NCBI GenBank assembly: GCA_951406725.2
Contig: OX597814.1
Location: forward strand, 5,270,001 to 5,334,000
Source of the DNA: Octopus vulgaris
Lineage: Eukaryota
DNA length: 64,000 bases
Reading direction: 5' to 3'
Below, piece by piece: positions 1 to 13,874 of the stretch. Positions within the stretch are counted from its first letter, which is position 1. Each line of letters begins with the position of its first letter. Under the pieces are notes generated by a model. That model was not told the DNA's origin. It ran no database searches and worked only from the letters and a program-made list of their open reading frames with translations. A program made the position numbers and the translations under genes.

Positions 1-459
1 TTATAGTAAGAAAGTGAAAGACCTTGCAAGCGGGGCCCAGTTAGAATTTTCTTCTGGTTGAGTAACCCATCCCACTCAAAAGGTCCCTGAATAAAGGTTG
101 TTTAAGGATGTTGAACAAAACAACAATGTTTCCAGAGGTAAATTATCCAAACCTCCAAGAATTCCTCTCAACACATGGCTATGATGCTCCCCCACTACTT
201 CTGCTCGTGATCAGAGATGCACATATCATCAGCCACTTAAGGGACATGCTCAACTGGTTAAGGTCAAACAACTGACAAGCAAATCTGTGGTATTGAGCAG
301 AATATTTGCTGTAGCCCATCTTTTTATACCAAGACAAAACAATGTACATGATAACACTTCCAATCAGTTAAGATCAGAAGCCATGAGGGCCACTGCCTGG
401 TACTGCATCAGGGCAGCTATTATTATCATCATCATCATCATCATTAGTAGCAGTAGTAG

Positions 460-1820
460 TAAGGCAGTGAACTGGTAGAATCATGAGCTCACCGGGCAAA
501 ATGCTTGGTGGTATTTCATCTGTTGCTATGTTCTGAGTTCAAATTCCACTGAGGTCAACTTTGCCTTTCATACTTTCAGGGTTGATAAATTAAGTACCAG
601 TGAAACACTGGGGTCAATGTAATCACCCAATCCCCTGCCCACACATTTCAGGCCTTGTGTCTTTAATAGAAAGGATTATTATTATTAATATTATTATTAA
701 AGGTTAGGCCGATGCCAGACCCCCTTGGCACCTGTGCAGGTGGCACGTAAAAAGCACCCACTACACTCGCGGAGTGGTTGGCGTTAGAAAGGGCATCCAG
801 CGGTAGAAACACTGCCAGATTAGACTGGAGCCTGGTGCAGCCCCTGGCTTCCCAGACCCCGGTCGAACCGTCCAACCCGTGCTAGCGCGGAAAATGGATG
901 TTAAACGATGATGATGATGATGTGGCTAGCTGGTGTGAATCATTAGCATGCTGGACGAAATGCTTAGCTATGTTCTCAGTTCAAATTCCGCCTGGGGTCG
1001 ATGCGATTGACTTACCCCTCCCCACAAATTTCAGGCCTTGTGCCTATAGTAGAAAGGATTATTATTATTATTATTATTAGCATTACTAAAAGTGGAAAGC
1101 TGGCAGAGTCATTAGCACACTGGGCGAAACGCTTAGCAGTATTTTGTCCGTCTTTACATTCTGAGTTCAAATTCTCCCAAAATTTCAGGCCTTGTGTCTA
1201 GAGCAGAAGGATTATAATTATTATTATAGTTATCGTTAAGGTGACGAGCTGACAGAATCGTCAGCACACTGAACGGAATGATTAGCAGTAGTTCATCTAT
1301 TTCTACGTTCTGAGTTCAAATTTTGCTGAAGTCGATTTGACCTTTCATCCTTTTGGGGTCAATAATGTAAGTGCTGGTCAAGCACTGGGCTGTAAGTAAT
1401 TGACTGGCCCCTTCCTCTGAAAAACTTCAGACCTTGTGCCAATAGTGAAAAGGATTATTAATATTATAATTGTTATGAATGAGGGGCAGGGTTATTATTA
1501 TTAGGTTGTCCCAAAAGTTCGTAAACACTTGCGAAAATTGAATTTTTACTCGCCAAGTATTAACAAAAACAACAAAAATTATTCCTCAAAATAAAGACCA
1601 TTATTTTCCAAGACTTTCTACGAACTTTTGAGACAACCTTATATCATTATAATTTTCTACTGTAGGTACAGGAACCTAGTACACAACTGGTACTTAATTT
1701 ATCGACCCTGAAAGGATGAAAGGCAAAGTCAACCTCGGCAGAATTTGAACTCAGAACATAACGGCAGACGAAATACCGCTAAGCACCTGGTGTGTTAAAG
1801 TTTCTGCCAGCTCGCCGCCT
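460..1820. mobile_element. cluster of tRNA-derived SINEs (Meta/OR-like core) plus one RTE-tailed repeat at ~705-920
   Basis: repeated ttctgagttcaaatt...gcctttcatcctttcggggtcgataaa.taagtaccag bodies separated by (TAT)n tails. Confidence 0.75.
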
Positions 1821-1965
1821 TTCTATATCCATATAATACGTGAACGATACAATATCGGTGACAGAGTTTGAACTTGTGATCTTCGAATCAGCATGAGGAG
1901 ATGAAACCACTTTACCATCCACCAACACGAAAAGTCTTTCTACAAATTAATCCAAAGCTACTTAC

Positions 1966-2072
1966 TTGTGATCATTGTCAATGCTATTTACATCAGCTCT
2001 GTTCTGAAGAAGGGACATAGCAATTTTAATCTTGTCTTCTATCACAGCATAGTGCAACGGTGTCTTACCAGC
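1966..2072 (-). CDS. ANKRD26: ANKRD26-like exon 4 (107 bp); gene continues left of the window
   Basis: cag|AGKTPLHYAVIEDKIKIAMSLLQNRADVNSIDNDH(x)|gtaagt; ankyrin TPLH motif. Confidence 0.9.
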
Positions 2073-2353
2073 CTGTCCAATAAAAATAAGCAAACACATC
2101 ATCATCATCATCACCCTCGTTTAACGTCCGTTTTCCATGCTGGCATGGGTTGGACGGATTGACTGGGGACTGGCAAGCCAGGAGGCTGCACCAAACCCTA
2201 GTCTGATTTGGTATGGTTTCTACAGTTGGACGCCCTTCCTAATGCCAACCACTCTGAGAATGTAGTGAGTGTTTATGTGCCAGTAAGGCAGCACTGGCAT
2301 CAACCACGCTTGAATGGTGCTTTTTTTCCATGCCACCTTCAAAATTATTAATG

Positions 2354-2737
2354 GGGAGACGCAATGGCCCAGTGGTTAGGGCAGCGGACTCACGTTAGGA
2401 GGATCGCAGTTTCGATTCCCAGACCGGGCATTGTGAGTGTTTATTGAGCGAAAACACCTAAAGCTCCACGAGGCTCCGGCAGGGGATGGTGGTGATCCCT
2501 GCTGTACTCTTTCACTACAGCTTTCTCTCACTCTTATTTCCTGTTTCTGTTGTACCTGTATTTCAAAGGGCCGGCCTTGGCACTCTCTGTGTCATGCTGA
2601 ATATCCTCGAGAACTACGTTAAGGGTACACGTGTCTGTGGAGTGCTCAGCCACTTACATGTTAATTTCACGAGCAGGCTGTTCTGTTGATTGGATCAACC
2701 GGAACCCTCGTTGTCGTAACCGACGGAGTGCTTCCAA
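2354..2737 (+). mobile_element. tRNA-headed SINE with 13-bp target-site duplication
   Basis: A-box/B-box-like head (tggcccagtggtt...gtttcgattccc); AAAATTATTAATG at 2341-2353 and 2738-2750. Confidence 0.8.
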
Positions 2738-3113
2738 AAAATTATTAATGCAAAAACTAGGCTGGATGGGCACAAAATGAATATTGTCTAAGGGACACCA
2801 CATTACAGTTCAAATCAGAATGAAGGGACCATATGTAGGGATGTCTAATGTATGTAAATGTGTGTATCAACATCATCATCAATTAACATCCGCTTTTCCA
2901 TGCTGGCATGGGTTGGACGGTTTGACTGAGGATTGGTGAGCCAGGAGGCTGCACCAGGCTCCAATCTCCATCTGTATGAATGTATATGCCTGTATGTGAG
3001 GAGACTGTATGGAAGACTATTGTGTGTGTGTGTGTGTGTGTGTGTGTGGTGTCCCAGCATGGCCACGGTCCACTGGCTGCAACAACCTAAAAGGGAAACA
3101 AAATGAAACGTAC

Positions 3114-3287
3114 CATATTTTTAAGATTTGCATTTGTCCGAGCATTGAGCATGGCATCGAGAATCTCCAGGTGAGCGTATTGGACGGCAAGGTGCAAACA
3201 GGTGTTTCCATCGCCGTCCCGAGCCTCTGCATCCACTTTGTAACTGAGCAGGACTTCAACAACATCACAATGGCCACATTGTACAGC
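3114..3287 (-). CDS. ANKRD26: ANKRD26-like exon 3 (174 bp)
   Basis: cag|AVQCGHCDVVEVLLSYKVDAEARDGDGNTCLHLAVQYAHLEILDAMLNARTNANLKNM|gtacgt; ankyrin repeats, phase 0-0. Confidence 0.9.
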
Positions 3288-3343
3288 CTGAAGCAAAACA
3301 AATATTGAAAGCAGGAAAATTAATTGCCCTACAATGAATTTAT

Positions 3344-3800
3344 TAACCGTCTCATTACTATATGTATTTCTGTTGAGATGATTTCAATTAATTTTAAATA
3401 TAACAAAGAATTTAGTAAAATAGCTTAGTTATCATTAAGCTAGTGTTAGGAACATAAATTGTGACTAAGGTTTGGTGGAAGATTTTCATTTTAAAAACAA
3501 GACATTTGTACTCGGAGCCAGAGGTGGATTTAGTCAGGTCAATATGAAAAGGGTTAAATTAATCATTTGTTAACCCTTTTTCTTACCATATTTCTATAGA
3601 GATGCTCTGTGTTTCTTTCAATTAATTTTAAATATACCAAAGAATTTAGTAAAATAACTTAGTTATCATTTAAGCTAGTGTTAGGAACATAAATTGTGAC
3701 TAAGGTTTGGTGGAAGATTTTCATTCAGAACTTATGAAAACAAGACATTTGGACTCAGAGCCAGAGCCGGTTTCAGCCGGGTTGGTAACGAAAGGGTTAA
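3344..3800. mobile_element. two tandem TTAA-flanked piggyBac-like MITE copies
   Basis: TTAACCCTTT...AAAGGGTTAA termini; same family at 26978-27634. Confidence 0.7.
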
Positions 3801-4169
3801 ACTGCAGCATTTCATTGTATACACATCATCATCATGTAACACTTGTTTCCCATGCTGACATGGGTTGGATGATGGAAGAGCTGCCTGGGCTCCATGTCCG
3901 TCTTGGCAAGGTTTCTACAGCCGGATGCCCTTCCTAACATGCCAAACACTTTACAGAGTGGCACTGGATGTTTTTATACAGCACTGGCACAGGTGCTTTT
4001 CTTCGGTACCAGCACTGGTGCTTTTTACATGGCACCGGCACCCACAAACCCACAAGATTAGGATCAATCAGCGAGAGAGGGATGCAGGGGACATGTCTAT
4101 ATGCAAGGACAACCACAATTTTACTTCGCTTGACATGTTTACTCAAGCACAGCAAACCCCCAGAAGTCT

Positions 4170-7100
4170 TGGTACCCTGTCATCCGCTCTGTGAGGCCCA
4201 ACATCTGAAGATCTTTTCTCAACACTTCATCCCACGTCTTCCTGGGACAATTACTTCCACATGTTCCCTCCAATATGAGATTGGGACTTTTTGATGAAGC
4301 TGTCTATATTTGATGCCCTGAATACCCAATTTTTCTTTCAAATCACTTACACTCTCTTGTATATACACATTGACATTACCCATCCAGCTAACCACACTGG
4401 CTTCCTTTCTTTCAAACCTTCACATGCCTCTTTGCCACGTAGCATAGCTGTTCATACACTGGCATCATACAATCTGCCTTTCACTCCAAGAGAGAGGCCC
4501 TTTGTTACCAACAGAGGTAGTAGCTCTCTAACCTCTGCCCAGCCTGTTCTCATATTAGCACCTATGCTTTCAGAACAACCTCCACCTCTGCTAACCTGGT
4601 CACCTAAGTAACAGAAACTCTCTACCTCTTCCGAGGATACACTCTGACATTTGAGGGAGGCTGTTTTTTGTGTATTCCAGGTGTTTAATGGAGCTACACA
4701 TCTGCCACATGCAAGGACTACTTTCTCTGTTAGTCACCCAGTGATACCACTGCACCTGTTATGTGCCCATAGCTTGCACTTGGTACACCGTATGGAGTTT
4801 CTCCCGACACCTTTTCTACACATCAAGCAGAGGCATCAGCCTGAAGGGATCAGTGATTTGTCTGCTCTCTTATTTATTAGGGTTTTGGTCTTTGCTAAAT
4901 TAACTCTAACTCCCTTTGATTTCTGTCCATGCTTCCATACCTGAAATTTCTTCTCTAGTTCTGGTGGTGATTCAGCAGTAAGAACAAGGTCGTTGGCATA
5001 GAGGAGCTCCCAAGAACAGCCAGCCTTAAATTCTTCCGTTATAACTTGGAGGACTATGATAAACAAGAAGGGGCTGAGAACTGATCCTTGGTGGACTCCT
5101 ACTTGTACACTTAATTCCTTGCTATGCTCATTGATGACCTTCACCTTATTGACAGCATCCCTGTACATGGCTTGTACAGTCCTCACCAACCACGCATCTA
5201 TCCCTAGCTTCCACATTGCCTACCAGATAAGGGAGTGGGCAACCCTGTCAAAAGGTACAGGGGTTTATTCTTGGCCAAGTACTTCTGCAGTTGTCTCACC
5301 AGGAAGATAGCATCAGTGGTGCTTCTCCCTGGCACAAATCCAAACTGCATCTCATCTAGACTAACTCACTTCCTAATTGAGTTATGACCCTTTCTGTAAC
5401 TTTCATCACCTGGTCCGGCAATTTGATACCTTGTAATTATACCTATCTAAGGCATCACCTTTGCCTTTGCAACAGCTGACTATAATGCTGCTACACCAAT
5501 CATTGGCTGTGACTCCCTCGTAGACAACCTGATCAACTCTATGGGTGACTAAACCGCATCCTACTCAACCAAATATTTCAAGCATCTCAGCAGTGACCCC
5601 TGATAGACCAGGGGGCATTTCCCTGACTTCATATCCTTAATTGTTTTATCAACTTTTCATAGTAACACTTTGAACCCTCCTTCTTTGCAGAATCATTAAA
5701 TACAAGTGAATCACCATCCATGCAAACACACTTGTCTCAAATATAATCATAGAATCAGTTTATCACCAACAAAAAATCTTTCCAAGAGCAGTTCATTTTT
5801 AACCCTGAAGAAGGGACTTGTTTGTCCTGAAATATTGGATACATATACGACCAAATATTACCAGGTAACTTACTTTTACTTTACGTTACCTCATCTTAAA
5901 ATCTATTTGCATTGTTTGGCCTTTTAAACCACAATTCTCTCTGACACACTGTCTCGCAATCCGAAACACCTAAAGGCCCCTGGTCCTCATGCTGCAGAAC
6001 ATTAGCAAACTTACCCCCTTTCTGCTTCTCCCTTGACTAAGTATATCTGTCTTCTAGCCTCCCTCTTAACTACTAGATATAGTTCCCTGCTAACTCTTAC
6101 AGTCCTTCCAGACCTGTTTCTTTTTTCTACAGTATTATTCCATGATACCCTAGGTCTGGTTGGGACTTTGCACCAACTGCAGATTTGGTCTGTAGCACTC
6201 AGCAAGCTGTCCCACAGGAAGTCCCAGTTATCTTCTATGTTACAAATCTGTTGTTCCTCCTCATCATCAAATTTCTCAGTTAGGGGGACCATAAATCTCT
6301 GACCATTTAACCCTTTAGTGTTCAAACCGGTCATACCAGGCCAAAATTGTCTTCCTGTTATATGCTCAAACCAGCCAGCTCTGACCTCTCACACCTACCC
6401 TACAAAGTCATTCTAAAAATAAACAGGGACATCATCAAAACCTCAGAGTTACAAGATGCTGTACAATTAATTTAAAACAATGTGATTAAACAGGCTTTAC
6501 ATTTGACAGAGTAATCTGAATGCTAAAGGGTTAAAGGATTTTTAAGCTTCCAAATCCTTCTTTTCCAGATTGGTCTGCTTCTTGGCATCCTTCTGGCCTA
6601 AAGTCACTAATGACTAGTCTCTGCTGGCGAGTACATTCTTCATGAGGGAAGGTTTTTGCATCTATGAGCATCCATACATCTCGCTGTCTGGTGAGAATGG
6701 AATCAGGTTAGTGTAGTCACTTGATTGATAGGTTATCAAGTGATTGGCTGGCTTCCTGAAGTTGGTGTTGCAGATTAATAGGTTATTTGAATCACAGAAC
6801 TCCAGTTGCCTTGTTCCCTCTTCGTTTCAGGAACCAATGCCATGGGACCCATGTACATTATGGAAGATACCCGGCTGCTACCCAACAGGTCCATTGAAAT
6901 CACAAACCACAAAGGTGAGGTCATTGTCATTAGTCTTTGAGGGAGCTTGCAAAAGACTATCATACAAGCAGCCCTTTCATTCATTTAGCAGACCTGCTTG
7001 AGGGACACAGGCAGAGATAATTGTTGCTGTAATACTCTGCAAAACTAGCCAAAGCTTAAGTACTCTATTGCACATTCTGACTGCCTTAATTACCTTATCC

Positions 7101-7270
7101 ACCCATTTCTCTGCTAGAGGTATGCCCACATACCCTACCCCAATGCTGTTAGCTTCCCAGAAGACTCCATACTTATACTTCTTGCCCGTAAGGAACCTGG
7201 CTGAAGCTCCCCTTCACTTTACTTCTTGAATGTAACACACATCAACATACCTCTCTTCAAGCATTTCAAT
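4170..7270 (-). mobile_element. decayed RTE-clade LINE (APE and RT fragments) with nested MITE at ~6307-6533
   Basis: GVHQGSVLSPFLFIIVL...WELLYANDL RT motifs; frameshifts and stops. Confidence 0.9.
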
Positions 7271-7534
7271 AATAATGTACAATACCTTCATTATCATCGT
7301 TTAATATCCGTCTTCCATGCTGACAGGAGCTGGCAAGCCAGAGAGCCGCATTGGGCTCCAATTGCCTGTCCTGGCACGATTTCTATGACTGGACATCCAA
7401 CCACTTTGCAGAGTTCTTTTTTATGTGACGTCAGCATGGAAGCATTTTTATGCGGTGCCAGCAGAAGTACTTTTAACATGGCACCAGCACAGCAAGTAAA
7501 AAGCACCTGCGCTTTTATATCATGTACATATAAT

Positions 7535-8015
7535 CATCATCATCATCATCATCGTTTAGCGTCCGTTTTCCATGCTAGCAGGGGTTGGACGGTTCAAATG
7601 GGGTCTGTGAAGCCAGAAGGCTGCATCAGGCCCAGTCTGATTTGGCAGTGTTTCTACGGCTGGATGCCCTTCCTAACGCCAACCACACCATGAGTGTAGT
7701 GGGTGCTTTTTACGTGCCACCCGCACAGGTGCCAGACGGATTTGGCAAACGGCCACGAACGGATGGTGCTTTTTACGTGCCACCGGCACGGGGGCCCGAC
7801 GAAGCTGGCAATGGACATGAACGGATGGTGCTTTTACATGCCACCGGCACAGAGGCCAGTCGGGGCGGCACTGGCAACGGCCACGATCGGATGGTTCGCT
7901 TACTTGTCACCGGCACTGGTACCACAGCTGCAATTTCCATTGATGTTGATCGACTTCGATTTTGGTTCTGCTTTCTGATATCGGATTTGATTTGGTTTGA
8001 TTTTGATTTTGTTAC
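7535..8015 (-). mobile_element. non-autonomous RTE-tailed repeat ending in (GAT)n; many relatives (e.g. 12920-13245, 37970-38560, 55420-55745)
   Basis: shared aaaagcacccactacactc...ggaagggcatccagc...ccaacccatgctagcatggaaa..gacg.taaacgatgatg. Confidence 0.8.
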
Positions 8016-8524
8016 AATGAGTATAAACCATACATGTACACATCAGGTTTGCAGCCAGAAAAAAAGGGAACAGCTGTTCATGCATGTTTCAACCCCAGTT
8101 GCCATCACTGTCAACAACTGTGCACCCACTTTCGCTATCCAAACACACTGTTTATAAACCCACAAATATTACAGGTTAAAGTAAACTAGCAGGTTTACCA
8201 GTTTTCAGTCAAACCCGTCCAACCCATGCCAGCATGGAAAGCAGACATTAAACAATGACGATGAACATTCCAGACCAGTTTGCATATTTCATACTTTCTT
8301 TGCAGCTTTAAACATGGAATTACTAGCATAACCATCATCTTCCTCCTCCTCATTTGTCTTCCATGTCGGCATGGGCCGGATGCTGACATTGGGAACTGAT
8401 TCAAGTAATCAAGAATATTAGCTATGGAGAATTATTGAGATCAAGGATTTCCAGAGAAAGACTGGAAATAACAACCACTGTTTATGGAATTAGTTTTTTT
8501 ATAAAAGCAAAAAGAAAATCTCCA

Positions 8525-8679
8525 GGTGGCTGCGTGGTAAGTAGCTTGCTTACGAACCACATGGTTGCGGGTTCAGTCCCACTGCGTGGCATCTTGGGCA
8601 AGTGTCTTCTGCTATAGCCCCGGGCCGACCAATGCCTTGTGAGTGGATTTGGTAGACGGAAACTGAAAGAAGCCTGTCG

Positions 8680-8711
<32 letters not shown>

Positions 8712-8935
8712 CGTGTGTGTGTGTTTGTGTGTCTGTGTTTGTCCCCCTAGCATTGCTTGACAACCGATGCTAGTGTGTTTACGTCCCCGTCACTTAGCGG
8801 TTCGGCAAAAAGAGACCGATAGAATAAGTACTGGGCTTCCAAAGAATAAGTCCCGGGGTCGATTTGCTCGACTAAAGGCGGTGCTCCAGCATGGCCGCAG
8901 TCAAATGACTGAAACAAATAAAAGAGTAAAAGAGT
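8525..8935 (+). mobile_element. tRNA-derived SINE with internal (TA)n(TG)n; copies at 27150-27577, 27730-28120 (-), 28690-29100, 56345-56710 (-)
   Basis: ggctg.gtggtaag...gggttcagtcccactgcgtggca.cttgggcaagtg head; AAAGAGTA-type tail. Confidence 0.85.
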
Positions 8936-8945
8936 AGACAATTAC

Positions 8946-9060
8946 CTTCATAAATGGTGTTTTACCTTCTTTATCACTAATGCTGGTGCGAGCATTCCAT
9001 GCCAAAAGTTCTTGGACAACAGCAGCATGTCCTTGACAACATGCCAAATGCAATGGCGTT
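8946..9060 (-). CDS. ANKRD26: ANKRD26-like exon 2 (115 bp), not translated in the ORF track
   Basis: ttgtag|A ACG...ATG AAG|gtaat encodes (R)TPLHLACCQGHAAVVQELLAWNARTSISDKEGKTPFMK, an ankyrin repeat; phase fits exon 1. Confidence 0.9.
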
Positions 9061-9379
9061 CTACAACAAATAAAATACTAAAATTGAATGATACAATCTT
9101 CAATTGGGGATCGATTGCCTGTTGGTGAGGCAATCAAATGAAATGAGTCGCAAAGTAACAAAGCCAGAATGTGCCTTGGATATTGTCTTTCCAGGGTGAG
9201 GTTAGGGTAGAGTCTCTTAAAGAACAGAGGGTAAAGACAAAGCAGTGTCTGTTAGTGAAAAGAGTATGGGAATCTATATTAAAGACAGGGTACAGACATA
9301 GCAGTGTCTATTAAACAACATGGAGTAACAGCCATGGTAGAGTCTCTTAAGGGGTACAGTGTGACAGAGTCTAATATAT

Positions 9380-9778
9380 ATTTCTTTACTACCCACAAGG
9401 GGCTAAACAAGGACAGACAACCGGAATAAGTTGATTACATCGACCCCAGTGCATAACTGGTACTTATTTAATCGACCCCGAAAGGATGAAAGGCAAAGTC
9501 GACCTCAGCGGAATTTGAACTCAGAACATAATGGCAGATAAAATACCTATTTCTTTATTACCCACAAAGGGCTAAACACAGAGGGAACAAACAAGGACAG
9601 ACATAGGTATTAAGTCGATTACATCGACCCCAGTGCATAACTGGTACTTATTTAATCGACCCCGAAAGGATGAAAGGCAAAGTCGACCTCGGCGGAATTT
9701 GAACTCAGAACGTAGCGGCAGACAAAATACCGCTAAGTATTTCGCCCGGCGTGCTAACGGTTCTGCCATCTCGCCGCC
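9380..9778 (-). mobile_element. SINE with internally duplicated body and 16-bp TSD
   Basis: two tandem bodies; ACAGAGTCTAATATAT at 9364-9379 and 9779-9794. Confidence 0.8.
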
Positions 9779-10299
9779 ACAGAGTCTAATATATGAGTGT
9801 GTGAAGACACACCCACACATGCAGGAGGGATTGTGTGATAAGAAGTTTGCTTCCCAGCCACATGGTTCTAGGTTCACTTCCACTGCGTGGCACCATGGGC
9901 ATGTTTCTTTTAGTCTAGCATCAGACTAACCAAAGCCTTATGAGTCGATTTGGTAGGCGAAAACTGAAAGAAGCCTGCTGTGTCGTCATTATCATCATCA
10001 TCATCCTTTCACATCCACTCTTCCTGCTGGCATGGGTTGGACAGTTTGACATGGAGATGGCCTGTAGGAAGCTCTCCAATCTCCAATTGTCTGTTGTGGC
10101 GTGGTTCCTATGGTTGGATGCCCTTTCTAGTACCAACAACTAGCAGAATGTGCTGGGCACTTTTTAATGCATAACTGGTGGCACAGGTGGTTTTTAAGTG
10201 GAACCGGTACCTGATAGGACACACCTGTACAGGTGCAAGACAATGATTTTAGTTAACTTGACCCATATTATCAAGTACAGCAAATAACCCAACCCCTTG

Positions 10300-12160
10300 T
10301 CATTTCCCCCAGTGAGGCCCAGCATCTGAAAATCCTTTCTCCTCACTTTGCCCCACATCTTCCTGGGTCTACCCCTACCACAAGTTCCCTCTGTAATTAC
10401 AGCTCAGCACTTCTTTACCCAACTGTCCTCACCCATACACATCACATAGCCAGACCAGTGCAGTCTTCTCTCTTGCACCACAACATCTGATGCCTCTTCT
10501 ACCCAGTTTTCCTCTTAAACCATTTACACTCTGTCATACATGCACACTGGCATCACCCACCCAGCAGAGCATCCTGGCTTCATTTCTTTCAAGCCTTCGC
10601 AAGTTCCCTGTAGTCGAAGCCCATGTTTCGCTGTCATGTTACATAGCTGTATGTACACAGGCATCATACAATCTGCTTTTCACTCTGAGGGAGAGGCCCT
10701 TAGTTACCAACAAAGAAGCACTCTGAACTTCGCCCAGCCCCTTCTTATTCTAGCAACTACACTTTCAAAACTTCATCCTCCCCCAATGCTAACTTGGTCT
10801 CCTAGGTAACAGAAGCTATCTACAACTTCCAATGTTCCCCTAAAGCATTTGAGGAAGTCTATTTTCAGTACAGTTTTAGAGCTTATTACACCCACTCATT
10901 TGCCACGCACAAAAACCATTTCCCCTGTCAACCTTCCTGTGATATCTCTGTACAATGTATGGAGAGTCTACCAACACATTTTCTACATATCATGCAGAGC
11001 CATCTCCCAGAAGAGACTTGTGATTTGTCTGCTCTCCTACTTACTAGGACTTTGGTTTTTGCTAAATTAACCCTTTGATCCCAGACCTTCCTTCCACACC
11101 TGAAATTTCCTCTCTAGTTTAGGTAGTGGTTCAACTATAAGAAGAAAGTCATCAGTGTAGAGGACTCCCAGGGGCAGCCGGTCTTAAATTTCTCTGGTAA
11201 GGCCTCGAGGACTAAGATAAAGGAGAAGGGGCTGAGGACTGATCCTTGGTGAACTCCTACTTGTATCCTGAATTTATTGCTAACCTTCACCATACTTGCA
11301 GTATCCCTGCACATGGCTTGTACCACTCACACTAACCATTCATGTATTCCTAACTTTGGTATTGCCCAACAGAAAAGGGAATGGGGCACTCTGTCAAAGG
11401 CTTTCTCCATGTCAACAAAAGCCAGGTACAGAAGTTTATCTTTAACCAGGTATTTCTCCTGCAGTCACCTAACCAGGAATATAGCATCAGTCATGCTCCT
11501 GCCTGACACAAATCCAAACTGCATCTCAACTACACTTACTCTGTCCCTAATTAATTGAGCTACTGTGACTTTCATCATCTGGTCCAGCAATGTGATGTCT
11601 CTGTAATTATTTCTGTGTAAGGCGTCCCCTTTACCTTTGCAGCAGTTGACTACAATGTTGCTACACCAATTGTTGGGTATGACTCCCTCATGGACAACCT
11701 GATTAATTATACAACTGACCAGGCTATATCTTACTCCGCCAGATATTTTAAGCATCTCAGCAGTGATTCTTGATAGGCTGGGGTTTTCCCTGCCTTCATA
11801 TCCTTAATTGCTTTAGTCGATGAGGATAGCCGGTCCCTCAATTGGGTTGATATTTAGCAGACTCTCTTTTTCCCATTCATTCTCCACATTTAGCAGCCTT
11901 TCATAATGGCATTTCCAAGCCTCTTTCTTTGCAGAATCATTAGATGCAAGCGAACCATCATCCATACAAACATATTTCTCTCCTAGGACATCACAATTTT
12001 CTCTCACACATGTATTTTGCAATCCCCAAAACTTCAAGTCTCTGGTCCTTACATTGCAGAATGTTGGCAAACTTCTTTTCTGCTTCTTCCCTGGTTAAAT
12101 ATACCTGTCTCCTAGCTTCTCTTCCGGTTATCTAATTCAGTTCCCTGCTACCACCACACT
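10300..12160 (-). mobile_element. decayed RTE-clade LINE
   Basis: IPNNW...KGKGDAL..NNYR.I.LL and MQFGF...S.TDAIF RT motifs. Confidence 0.9.
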
Positions 12161-13874
12161 CCCAGGCCCATTTCTAATGGCTGGATGCACAATGTCAGTG
12201 TGCATATACAACAGAGTGTAAGTGATTTGAGAGAAAAACTGGATGTACAAGGCATCAAATGAAGTGTGCAAGAGAGAAAGTTGCGCTGATATGGCTATGT
12301 GATGCGTACGAATGAAGACCCAGTTGCATCAAGAGGTGCAAATTGTAGAGGGAGCATGTGGAAGGGGGAGTGGACAATCAGAACTGTGCTGCACAAGAGC
12401 ATTCAATACAAATTGCACATAGTGGTAAAGAGGCCAATTCATGTCTTTACGAATCCATGGAGTTTCACATGAGAATAAATATATTAGGTGGGTGATGGTA
12501 ATTGTCATCTAAAGAAGAGAAAAACAAAGAAGAAAAAATCCTTGTATTGTCCGAGTTTAGCCAATGGACAGAGGCTGAACCGAATTAAAACAAATTCAAG
12601 AGAGAGAGAGACTGAAATCTGAGGTTCGTTGGTGAGACAAAAAAAAAAAAAAAAAAAAAAAAAAAAGAAAAGAAATCGGTCTCCTGTGAGAGACATTGAT
12701 ATACTTATGAAGAACAGTGGATGGCGGCAATATAATGGTGAAGAGAATGTGTAAAGTATGAAATACGTAAATCAATAAATCATTTAGTTCAATTAGCTGT
12801 CAATAACAACCATTAAACCATTCATCGTTCAGCTTTTGAGTTCACCAACAAAAGACTAAAAGCAATAAGAATGATGATGATGATGGTGGTGAAGATAATG
12901 ATAGGTTTTAGCATGCACACGCCCTGACTGGCCTCGTGCCGGTGGCACGTAAAAAGCACCATCCGTTCGTGGCCGTTGCCAGCCTCGCCTGGCCCCCGTG
13001 CTGGTGGCACATAAAAAGCACCATCCGATCGTGGCCGTTTGCCAGACTCGTCTGGCACCTGTGCTGGTGGCACGTAAAAAGCACCCACTACACTCATGGA
13101 GTGGTTGGCATTAGGAAGGGCATCCAGCCGTAGAAACATTGCCAGATCAAACTGGGCCTGGTGCAGCCTTCTGGCTTCCAAGACCTCAGTTGAACCGTCC
13201 AACCCATGCTAGCATGGAAAGCGGACGCTAAACGATGATGATGATGATAAATGCTTAAAAGTATTTTGAGAGAAAAGAAATGCAAGCCCTTCAAAATGTC
13301 ATGGGAAGAAGAAGAAACTGTAGTTTTGTTGTTTTAACCCAGTCAATACTGACTCAACAGACCTTTGGTGACCTTTCCCACCACTTCTTTTGTGGTTTTG
13401 TCCTTTTGTTCTCTGACACAGAGCATTCATAACGTTATTTTACCCAATGTGTTCTTTCAATTTTAAGTCAGTTAAACATGATGCGCGAGTGCGCGCACCG
13501 GGACCACTCTTCTTAAATAGTACACACAATGGATAGCGTAGTCCTGGATAGAACAACTGGAGTTAATCAGAGCTAACCTGCAGTCAGACAGCAACTTATG
13601 GGAAACAAGCCTGTTAAAAATAGTAGTCAAATCTCTCTCAAAACGTACTGTGTCTTAAATGGAATAACGTGGTCAGAGAATACAATGCCTGGGTAGTCAC
13701 GGTTGAACAAACCTGATATGGAGATAAACAACAACAACCGACAGAAAATTTGACCAAAGCCTCTCAATATATTCGTTAAAATAAATTTTAAATTCTACAA
13801 ATTATTTAAAACAAAATAAAGTTTTTAATTATTTTATGATACAAAAGGAAACAATCATTTTTAGGGTCGGGAAT

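Noticed and set aside
7585-8157. 190-aa ORF and similar MDGS...LDALPNANHS ORFs across the window
   Set aside because: Antisense readings of a high-copy RTE-tailed repeat.
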